A DNA stretch of 63,754 bases, filler included, from Octopus bimaculoides (taxonomy: Eukaryota), in assembly GCF_001194135.2 (NCBI RefSeq). It is 5 parts of 5 records of this genome, joined end to end, with 100 filler letters (N's around TTAATTAATTAA, not from the genome) between each part and the next. Parts side by side here need not be neighbours in the genome. Positions count along the whole stretch, not along the records: positions 1 to 29,739 come from NC_068982.1; 4 more parts are not named here. One strand, given 5' to 3'. This document shows, piece by piece, positions 1 through 9,316 of the stretch. The position numbers and the translations under genes were made by a program. Below the pieces are notes generated by a model. That model did not search any database. It had not been told where the DNA came from and saw nothing but the letters and a program-made list of their open reading frames with translations. Within the stretch, counting starts at the first letter, position 1; every line of letters begins with the position of its first letter.

Positions 1-240
1 AACCCTGCTGTACTCTTCCACCACAACTTTCTCTTACTTCCTGTTTCTGTTGTGCCTGTAATTCAAAGGGTCAGCCTTGTCACACTGTGACGCTGATTAT
101 ACTCGAGAACTACATTAAGGGTACACGTGTCTGTGGAGTGTTCAGCCACTTGCACGTTAATTTCACGAGCAGGCTGTTCCGTTGATCGGATCAACTGGAA
201 CCCTCGACGTCGTAAGCGATGGAGTGCCAACAGCAACAAT
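1..240 (+). mobile_element. 3' half of tRNA/CORE-type SINE (family B), cut by window edge
   Basis: Bases ~55-230 (cctgtaattcaaagggtcagccttgtcacac...cacgtgtctgtggagt...cagccacttgcacgttaatttcac) align with the full-length copy at 20045-20225. Ends in a caacagcaacaat tail. Confidence 0.85.
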
Positions 241-1549
241 TCCTTCCCACTAAATTGCTGGCTTTTGTGCTAAATTTTGAAGTAACGCTTTCTTACATTA
301 CTTTAAGGTCATATTTATTTTGTGTATGAACAGTTGATTTAATCGATCCAGGTCTCTGATCAATTGCTTCTCGAACAAGATAAGATGAAAACTAATATTT
401 CGGGCTTAGAAACTAAGCACCTCAGTGCTTATGGCCCGCTGCTTTACCATTTCCATCATCCGATAATAACACCAACAAAGAAAAATACAAACTTTAATGT
501 CATCTCCGATTTTGATGGAAGAAAGATGGATCATAGGGTGAAGTAAGGGAACAAGGAAAATAATAATGGCAAACAGAAGTAAATTCACACTCACACAAGT
601 ACACATAAACACCAACCGACGCATACACATATATGAAAGGGTTAATATAATGATATACCTGCACACAAGCACTCAAAAACACATATCAACAAATATATAC
701 ATAGACCTAGACTTCTTACAGGCAGCAATCATACAAACACGCACCCACGCACGCATAATCGGATGGTAAAACAATCTAACGATAACAAAGGGTGGAGTGT
801 AGATAAGGAAAACAAATTAAAGAACAATCCACTAAACTTTTTGAAAGAAGGGCGGAGTTTCTCGTACAATCGACTCTCTGTCGTTGACAGTTCTCTGATA
901 AACGTACTACGTTTAACATGCACTGAGTAGGAAAACAGACAGCAAAAGTTAAACGGGAAAGAAAGATATACAGGCTCCAGAGACATATTCCTATTGCGTT
1001 ATGACGCGGATATACTTCACAGTGTAACGTAGACCTTCTAATTACAGACACTGCTTATTTATAAGAAAAAAGACGGAAACAAGCAAAGAATATAGTTTTC
1101 TTTAACAATATAGTTTCCAACAGAGGTGACTGGGTGCGTCGTCGTGTCGTTGACCGTGCTTGAACGAGACATAGTACCAAGAGGTGTGTTGCCTAGTTAG
1201 CTTTTATTTATTTCCAGTGGTCGAATATGTACTTCAGTTCGCCCTGGTGGTTGAGTATTTGTTTTAATGTTCTCAGTAAGAAGGGTCTCCGCCTCGTTAA
1301 ATCTGTTCACCGGGATTCTGACGGTGAGAGAGACAAGTAGGTGTTCCCCCTGTGCAGTATCAAAGCAGTGGATGCGCTTCGTATCACTCGATCTACGCCG
1401 TTTCAACTTTGTTGTGCAAACAATTGCTTAACATATTTTATAGAATAAATCTGATCATCACAAAAACTGTTTATTTTAGAGAATAATAAATCGCAGGACA
1501 ATAATAGTTTTCGCGAAGTTTTTACGGCAGTTATAACTTAGTAACTGAT

Positions 1550-1752
1550 GTTGTGTTTATTGTTGACTCTGACCCAGGAGACCGGAGATCAAAAGTATTT
1601 CAATCCATCCATGATTATCCTGTCCTTATGTCGGACATTGCGTATCCGAGACTATATTACATAATGTGTGCTTCACTTTTCACGGCAAATGAGTATAACA
1701 AAAGTAATTTAGCTGCAACTTCTAGCGAGTCGAACGACCACGTAGAAGCTCC
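1550..1752 (-). mobile_element. Old dispersed repeat family D (SINE-like, (CAA)n tail), decayed copy
   Basis: aatttagctgcaacttctagcgagtcgaacgaccacgtagaagctcc matches the motif gatttggctgctatttctagca..tcga.cga seen at 4735, 49862, 50692, 51912 and 57348. The upstream gagactatatt block is also shared with 3885 and 4073. Confidence 0.65.
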
Positions 1753-2049
1753 GAGGTGCCGGGAACATTGTTTAAAATGTTAGGAAAATAACCAATTTTC
1801 AAATGCTTGCAATTTCTTAAAACATTTTGAAAATAAAAATTCTTGAGAAAAAAATTCTAAATTAAGCCTATGAATGCCACATCATAACGTATTTCTTCAC
1901 AAGATGCTAACATTAGAAGAAAGCGTTGAAAAATATTTCAAAGAAAATAAAACAATAACTTAACAGATGATGTTAATGTCCATGAAACAAACGGCTAAAA
2001 AAATGAAGCAAAAACAGAAGAGTCTAAAATTAAAACTATGAAGCATAAA

Positions 2050-2330
2050 ATTAGATAACGTAAAACATTATGTACGGTCCTCTGTCAAGTTACCGAGAGA
2101 GCTTCGCTGATGTCGTTCAACTAGCATTCTCTGTCAGAAAAGTTCTCTTTGATGACTCACGTAATTTATTTTATTGCACGACCACCAATGACGACTTTTC
2201 GTGCGGTGAATTTTAGGTTAAGTCCATCCTGTCGAGTTTAAACAAATTTTTCTAACCTTGGTGAGAAACGTTTCAAATGCATTCATTCCGAGGATCTGAT
2301 TGTATTTCCAAAGCAATCTTCACTTTTTAG
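2050..2330 (-). pseudogene. Possible highly decayed mariner transposase N-terminal (HTH) relic
   Basis: Minus-strand translation includes VIKENFSDREC*LNDISEALSVT*QRTVHN, resembling the mariner second HTH (TxxEIAExLxISxxTVHxxL). Many stops. Confidence 0.3.
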
Positions 2331-2696
2331 TTATAGATTTTTCATAACATTTTGTGTGCAATAGTGTCGATGGTAACAGGTTTCCAACTGGACAGTCACA
2401 TGTCCACTATATTTGCAACAGTGAGAGTGACATGGAAACACGTGTACGCAATTCGGGCGGAATAACTAATTCAAAGATAATACCTTGAGTTATTTCCTTC
2501 CCCGAGTTGTGTACACATACTTACAGAAGTAAGTCAACAACTGTATTATTCGCTTCAGATTTGCGGTTTATGTATAGAATCTATATACTATTGGTGGCGA
2601 TGCTCTAAATGAAACAGAAACCCAGTAAGCGACACGTTTTTGGCTCCCATTTTCTACCTTTTACTCGTTTCATTCTAATCTTTTACTCATTTCAGT

Positions 2697-3051
2697 TTTA
2701 TCTTTTACTTGTTTCAGGCATTAGATTGTGGCCATTGAAGGGTTTAATCGAACACATCGACCCCAGCACTTATTTTTTAAAGTCTGGTACATTTCTCTCG
2801 GCCCCTTTCGCCGAACTCCAGCCCCAGTTGTCAAGATAAGAGGCAAAAAACACAAGCACAAAAAAAAGATATACACCCACGGATATATACGGTCTTCCAC
2901 AGTTACCACCTACCAAATTTGTTCACAAAGCATTAGTTGGCCCACGGCAATACAAGAAGACATCCGAGGTGTCACACAGTGGGACTGAACCTGAAACCAC
3001 ATGGTTGCAAAGTGGGCTTCTTAAAAAACACTCTATCATGCTTGCGCCAAT
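2697..3051 (-). mobile_element. tRNA-derived SINE family C, near full length, diverged
   Basis: Ends with cagtgggactgaacctgaaaccacatggttg...cttgcgccaat, the reverse complement of the tRNA-like head. Starts with cttttacttgtttcaggcatt, the reverse complement of the tail. Colinear with 25200-25572 and 63055-63483. Confidence 0.8.
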
Positions 3052-3554
3052 AAGTCAAACCTGTTTTTCTTTACTGTGCGAAAGGCTGGAGGGAAGGGTA
3101 TAATGGATTTCATTGATATCACTATGAGAAATCTAGTATTTAATACGAAAATATAGTTTATTGCTATTATATTACTGAACTCAGCTTTGTCACACAACAT
3201 GAAAATTTGCACACTGATAGCAGACTTAGTTAGGATAATGAACAACATGTCCCCACTGTGCAAACCTTATGAAACGAAGAAACATGTACAGAACTTCATA
3301 CACCACATGCTGTTCTCTAGATATGATCAGAAAGATAGGGTTCGAGTATACAGGGGTGCTAGAAAGAAGTTAGAGACAAAGAGGAAAGTCGAACCTGAAA
3401 TTTACATAGGCGCCGAGTATCAGAAAATAATTGAAGTATCCAGCGAGCATAGGTGCTAGTGTATAGTGATTTGTTTAAAAGTACCAGAAGAAGACTGCCA
3501 GAACTGGTTGTTTCTGTGGAAGTGGTTGGGGAAAATTGCTAGCATTTAACCGCA

Positions 3555-3645
3555 AAGCTTAACAATGATCAACGTTATTCTAGCTTAGGATACCTTTAAC
3601 CACAGATCTGCTTGTTGGAAGCAGATCTGAGCTAAACAACAACAT
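3555..3645 (+). mobile_element. Family D repeat, 3' end with (CAA) tail
   Basis: cagatctgcttgttggaagcagatctgagctaaacaacaaca is the reverse complement of the 4590-4640 copy end and matches 61615-61690. Confidence 0.6.
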
Positions 3646-3739
3646 AGTAAATGCGCCTCACGTACACACACATACACAGGCATACAGATCTCTTATCTCA
3701 GATTACATTACCTAATATACACCATTTTTTATATAGAAG

Positions 3740-4190
3740 ACGATAGGGTGTGATTTTAAATAGTACTGGCTGGTATTTCTAACTGAGAAGTGGTGAATGA
3801 TTCGCCCTCAGTCAGTTCTAATTGAGGAAACCCAATGTTAAAAAATACTACTCAACTGTGACCCTTCCGTCTTATTGTATGCGTGAGACTATATTGGCCA
3901 ATCACTCCATTCTTTATTTAAAATGTCATGGTAAGATTTGAAGGTGATTTGTTGTAAGTTAAAGGAGCATGCAGTTGTTTCTTAGTTGTTTAGTTGTTTA
4001 GGCTCAAGTCAGTCCCGATCAAGCAAAACTTTGACCAGCCAGCCGCGACCTTCCCGTTTTTTTTTTAATATCTGAGACTACATTGTCGAATGTGCTCTTC
4101 ATTGTTTCTAACGCAGTAGAGTAGATGTAAAAGAATGTGGTCATTATTACGAGAAGTTGGAGCGATCACATAGAGGTATCCCCGTTGACG
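3740..4190 (-). mobile_element. Cluster of family D fragments (about 3740-3800, 3850-3965, 3975-4190)
   Basis: Repeated blocks: gatagggtgtgatttt...ggctggtatttcta; gagactatatt/gagactacatt; ttgtttaggctcaagtcagtcccgatcaagca; gagcgatcacatagagg. Confidence 0.55.
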
Positions 4191-4589
4191 CAATCAAATT
4201 TTTGCACTTGGTGACTTTGGGTTGTTGTGATTCTATAGGGTTTTGTTTTGTCTGTGTACTGTGGAGTTGGAAGTAACAGGAGTAGAGACTGTGATGGGTT
4301 TATCAGCAGGAACGCTGTTTACGGAATCATCTTGTTTGAGGAGTGGTGCGTAGGAGGATTCTGTAAAGTTAATAGAGCCTCTCTTGGGAAGGGAGCAGGA
4401 AGCTCAACTGGAATTTTATGATAGCTTATCCATTTTATCTTCTGTAATAACATTTAGGTCTATCCTAAAGATGTATGCAATGCAATTTATGTTATCAAAT
4501 TTTGAGTGTACAAATATCTATTTATGAATGTATATGTTGATATGTGTATAAATGTGCACATGGATCTGTATATACGCGAGACGCATTTT

Positions 4590-4780
4590 CTATGTTGTTG
4601 TTTAACTCGAATCGGCTCCCAACGAACAGATCTATGATCAAAAGTGTTCTCATCAGGAATTACCACATCTTTTTGTATATTTATTACTACATTTAATTTT
4701 TTGAGACAGTAGAGTTTTGATTTGAGAGAGAGATTTGCTGCTATTTCTATCAAACTCAGTAACCACATAGAGTGAACTTT
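4590..4780 (-). mobile_element. Family D repeat
   Basis: tgttgttgtttaactcgaatcggctcccaacgaacagatctatgatcaaa ... gacagtagagttttgatttgagagagagatttgctgctatttctatc. Confidence 0.65.
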
Positions 4781-5275
4781 GTAGGCTCATATTTAATTTT
4801 CTATGCCTGTCATATGGGCAGTGTTCTGTGAATGTTGAAAATAATTTCTCCTTTCTAACAAATAAAATATCCGAAAGCGAGGGCATTGTACATATTAATA
4901 TTCTTTCGTTATACCTATTGATTTTCCTTCCTCAAGGTTCTGTAATGGTAATTATAACTGGCATTTTAGAATGAACTGTATTTCGATTTGTAGCTTACCT
5001 TCTGAATTCTGGATTTGCAAGACGCCTTGTTCTTCACTTTGCAGTCAAAAACTGTGTAAAATAGTCAATATATATATAACGAGAGAGAGGTGGGGTGAGA
5101 AATCGAAATAGCGCGCGGGGCATTCTGATAATTCAGTCAACGGGTTTTCGGTTTAAGTTCCAAATGAAACTGCTCAATATTACTATTTATACATATGTTA
5201 TCAACAAAACAAAGGACAGTAATATGTCTTGATCAGCGATGAATGCAGACAGAAACAATAAAGAACCAAACTATA

Positions 5276-5481
5276 TGAAGGTTGCTGAAAAGTTCCTGGC
5301 TTTAAGGGTATCGCAAAAGGGAGGCCCAATTTTCAAAGTTCTATAACAAGGCTTAGACAAACTGAAGCACCGCTGCAGTAAGTGTGAAACTGAAACGAGA
5401 ATATGTTGGATAAAATCATAATTAACTGATCCTCCGGTATTTTCTTTTACCCAAGGCCAAGGACTTTTCAGTACTCCCTCG
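5276..5481 (+). mobile_element. Non-autonomous mariner element (MITE) with about 30-bp TIRs
   Basis: Left end TA|tgaaggttgctgaaaagttcctggcttt; right end aaggccaaggacttttcagtactccctcg (reverse complement cgagggagtactgaaaagtccttggcctt). The interior retains a mariner transposase C-terminus-like sequence (ctataacaaggcttagacaaactgaagcaccgctgcagtaagtgt...gaatatgttg). Confidence 0.75.
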
Positions 5482-5576
5482 CTTTTGTATGTGCGTGTGT
5501 GTGTGCATGTGTATACAGTATATAAATAGATAGATCGATCGATCGATCGATAGATAGATAGATAGATAGATAGATA

Positions 5577-5698
5577 GACGTGGCTGTAAGGCAAGAAGTT
5601 TCCTTCCCAACCACATGGTTCCTGATTCAGTCCTACTGCGTGGCCGACCAAAGCCTTGTGAGTGGATTTGATGGACAGAAATTGAAAAGAGATTTGTC

Positions 5699-5797
<99 letters not shown>

Positions 5798-6045
5798 TCT
5801 ATGCATGTATGTATGTGTGTCTTTGTGTCTGTGGATGTCCACTACCACCGCTTGACAACCGATGTCGGTGTGTTTACGTCCCCGTAAACTAGCTGTTCGG
5901 CGAAAGAGGCTGATAAGTACCAAAATTTAAAAGATAATAAATCCTAAGTCTGATAAAATTGACTAAAGATTCCTTGAGGCGGTGCCCCAGCATGACAGCA
6001 GTCCACTGACTGAAATAAGTAAAGGTAAAAAATAAATAAATAAAT
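5577..6045 (+). mobile_element. SINE family C with internal (TA)n/(TATG)n microsatellite and internal deletion
   Basis: Head gtggctgtaaggcaagaagtttccttcccaaccacatggttcctgattcagtcc, then gaccaaagccttgtgagtggattt and an internal microsatellite, then cgcttgacaaccgatgtcggtgtgtttacgtccccgtaa. 3' end gaggcggtgccccagcatgacagcagtc..gactgaaataagtaaa. Confidence 0.9.
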
Positions 6046-6496
6046 CAAAGGAAAAAGGTATATGAAATTGCGAAGTCCAGTAGGAGTATAAATGAACGAA
6101 ATGTTTTCAATGAGATTGAAATCGCGATGCGGTCTTCTTCTTTTTTTTCTTTTATTGTTCAGACACATGCTACGTGATCACAGCAGAAGAGAAATTATCT
6201 AGCAGAGATGGAAACACACTAGGATTGCGCTCGGATGGTTGACCCGAGCAAATACCGACAAATAGTGGATGCAGCGGCGCGCATCAGTAGTTTGTTGTCT
6301 CAGAATTGACACAGGGTTAACAGCAGTAACAATATCATAACAGTGAAGGGAACCGACAGGACTAATCTGAGAGAAGTATGAAGGCAACTAAATCGTCCAT
6401 ATTACTCGATTTGGAGTTCATTTGAACAATCTCCCGAATGGATTACTTGCTAAGTTTACTTCGTCAGGATTTGAACTGAGAAGAGTCATTACTAAA

Positions 6497-6692
6497 TACT
6501 CTTTTCTACTCTAGGCACAAGGCCCGAAATTTTTTTGGAGAGGGGGGGCAGTCGATTAGATCGACCCCAATACGCAACTGGTACTTAATTTATCGACCCC
6601 GAAAGGACAAGTCGATGTCGGTGGAATTCAAACTCAGAACGTAAAGACAGACGAAATACTGCCAAGTATTTCGCCCGGTGTGCTAACGTTTC
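6497..6692 (-). mobile_element. tRNA-derived SINE family A (subfamily A1), lacking the first ~16 nt
   Basis: Reverse complement of gaaacgttagcacaccgggcgaaatac...ttctgagtttgaattccacc...ctttcggggtcgataaattaagtaccagttgcgtattggggtcgatctaatcgact...gggccttgtgcctagagtagaaaaga. Matches 62838-63032. Confidence 0.9.
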
Positions 6693-6932
6693 TTATTTCT
6701 TTTCTATACTACCCACAAGGGGCTACACACAGAGGGGACAAACAGGGACAAACAAACGGATTAAGTCGATTATATCGACTCCAGTGCGTAATTGGTACTT
6801 ATTTAATCGACCCCGAAAGGATGAAAGGCAAAGTCTACCTCGGCGGATTTCGAACTCAGAACGTAGCGGCAGACGAAATACCGCTAAGCATTTCGCACGT
6901 CGCGTGAATGTTTTTGCCAGCTCACCACCTTA
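6693..6932 (-). mobile_element. SINE family A, subfamily A2 with different 3' tail, full length
   Basis: Same head and central domain as A1 (gccagctcaccacctta; gaccccgaaaggatgaaaggcaaagtc) but a different tail (ctacccacaaggggctacacacagaggggacaaacagggacaaac). Confidence 0.9.
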
Positions 6933-7277
6933 TTAATAATATTATATTACAATATATTTGATTATATCATATCACGCTCTATTATTATGTATCATTTTAT
7001 TATTGTTCGTTTTAGAAATCATTATATTGCAATTATTATGTGTATTATATTACGTAACATCATATATTAAATTATATAGTTTTAATGTATCACACCGTAA
7101 CACTCTAACATTTCAATCTATCAAATCGACCGTCGTTCAACTTCGACCAAGTATTTGCTATAACACGGCTTCTACTATTACTAAGGACAGAAAAACAAAC
7201 AAGACAGAAAGAAGGAAATCAATAGTTATTGTTACGCTATTATTGGATTTAACTACAGCACAAAAACAGACATTAAC

Positions 7278-7280
7278 ACG

Positions 7281-7357
<77 letters not shown>
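7278..7357. repeat. (CA)n microsatellite running into an assembly gap
   Basis: Direct reading. Confidence 0.95.
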
Positions 7358-7703
7358 NNNNNNNNNNNNNNNNNNNNNNNNNNNNNNNNNNNNNNNNNNN
7401 NNNNNNNNNNNNNNNNNNNNNNNNNNNNNNNNNNNNNNNNNNNNNNNNNNNNNNNNNNNNNNNNNNNNNNNNNNNNNNNNNNNNNNNNNNNNNNNNNNNN
7501 NNNNNNNNNNNNNNNNNNNNNNNNNNNNNNNNNNNNNNNNNNNNNNNNNNNNNNNNNNNNNNNNNNNNNNNNNNNNNNNNNNNNNNNNNNNNNNNNNNNN
7601 NNNNNNNNNNNNNNNNNNNNNNNNNNNNNNNNNNNNNNNNNNNNNNNNNNNNNNNNNNNNNNNNNNNNNNNNNNNNNNNNNNNNNNNNNNNNNNNNNNNN
7701 NTC

Positions 7704-7739
<36 letters not shown>

Positions 7740-7803
7740 CATGCAAGGGAAGTAACTCTTGCATCTTATCCCCATCGTCACTATCGTGGTATATATATAT
7801 ATT

Positions 7804-7837
<34 letters not shown>

Positions 7838-8164
7838 CATATATATGTGTGGGGAAAGAGTGACGGGAGTTTACTGACAACCGAGTTGACAACGTTGATT
7901 TGTATATTAAGGCTGTCTCTCTAATTAGATTAATTTGGCCCTATCTTTGTAATATTATTAAGATTTCTTTTCCGATTTTCTTTTCTCTTTTGCTAGTTTG
8001 TAATTCTCATTTTCCTCTTTGTTTCTATGTCTTTCCAGCCCTGGTCTTTGTATATTCATTTCTCAGTAGATTTCCATCTGGTCTATCAAGTTATCGTTTT
8101 CTCTGTAGACCAGTTTTTATTTGTTTATCCATCCATCCATCCATCCATCACTGTGTTTATTTGT

Positions 8165-8218
8165 CGCTGTCTCTTTCTTTCTTTCTTCCTCTCTTTCTCC
8201 ACAGTCTATTCACCTTAC

Positions 8219-8255
<37 letters not shown>

Positions 8256-8287
8256 TCTCTTTCTCCACAGTCTATTCACCTTACCCT

Positions 8288-8318
<31 letters not shown>

Positions 8319-8362
8319 CTCTTTCTTTCTTTCTTTCTTTCTCCACAGTCTATTCACCTTAC

Positions 8363-8420
<58 letters not shown>

Positions 8421-8460
8421 CCACACTTTATTCACCTTACCTTTCTTTCTCTCTCAGTTG
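8165..8460. repeat. Compound minisatellite: (TTTC)n plus ctccacagtctattcaccttacc, 4 units
   Basis: The spacer motif recurs at ~8197, 8263, 8341 and 8419, separated by (TTTC)n tracts of variable length. Confidence 0.9.
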
Positions 8461-8589
8461 CTTTCCTTCTCTATTTCTCTGTCTATCTAATCACTTCTCT
8501 CTGCTATTATGGATGTCTTTCTCTGTCCTTCATTAACTCATTGTTTCATTTCTTTCTCTTTTGTCTAAACCGTTAAGAACAATTATACG

Positions 8590-9023
8590 CTGTTGTTGTT
8601 GTGGTTGTTGTTGTTCTTGTTGTTCTTGTCCTTGTTGTTGTTGTTGTTCTTGTTGTTGTTCTTGTTGTTGTTGTTCTTGTTGTTGTTTTTCTTGTTCTTC
8701 TCTTGTTCTACTTCTTGTTCTTCTTGTTTTTCTTGTTCTTCTTCTTCTTCTCCTCCTCCTCCTCCTCCTCCGCCCCCTTCTCCTCCTCCTCCTCCTTCTC
8801 CTCCTCATCCTCATTCTCCTCCTCCTTCTTCTTCTTCTTCTTCTTCTTCTTCTTCTTCTTCTTCTTCTTCTTCTTCTTCTNNNNNNNNNNNNNNNNNNNN
8901 NNNNNNNNNNNNNNNNNNNNNNNNNNNNNNNNNNNNNNNNNNNNNNNNNNNNNNNNNNNNNNNNNNNNNNNNNNNNNNNNNNNNNNNNNNNNNNNNNNNN
9001 NNNNNNNNNNNNNNNNNNNNNNN

Positions 9024-9070
<47 letters not shown>
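8590..9070. repeat. Compound trinucleotide array (GTT)/(CTT)/(CCT), gap, then (TTA)n
   Basis: Direct reading. Explains the poly-L/S/Q/K ORFs. Confidence 0.95.
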
Positions 9071-9290
9071 GAGGCGGTGAAGTGGTAGAATCGTTAGCAC
9101 GCCGGTCGAAATGCTTAGCAGTATTTCGTCCGCCGCTACGTTTTGAGTTCAAATTCCGCCGAGGGCGACTTTTACATTTCAACCTTTCGGGGTCGATAGA
9201 TTAAGTACCAGTCATGTACTAGGGTCGATATAATCGACTAGTCCACTCCCCACCAAATTCCAGGCACTGTGCCCATAGTAGAAAGGGTTA
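9071..9290 (+). mobile_element. SINE family A, full length, embedded in (TTA)n
   Basis: A-box-like gcggtgaagtggtagaatcg and B-box gagttcaaattcc; central cctttcggggtcgatagattaagtaccag; tail gtagaaagggttattatt. (TTA)n lies on both sides. Confidence 0.9.
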
Positions 9291-9316
9291 TTATTATTAT
9301 TATTATTATTATTATT

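Noticed and set aside
770-1410. Higher-GC unique block, possible LTR end plus PBS (tttccaaca gaggtgac) and 69-aa ORF
   Set aside because: No second LTR, no canonical TGG PBS and no recognisable gag motif.
6958-9100. Long ORFs of 150-265 aa around 7-9 kb
   Set aside because: Made of N-gaps and (CA), (TTTC), (GTT), (CTT) repeats.
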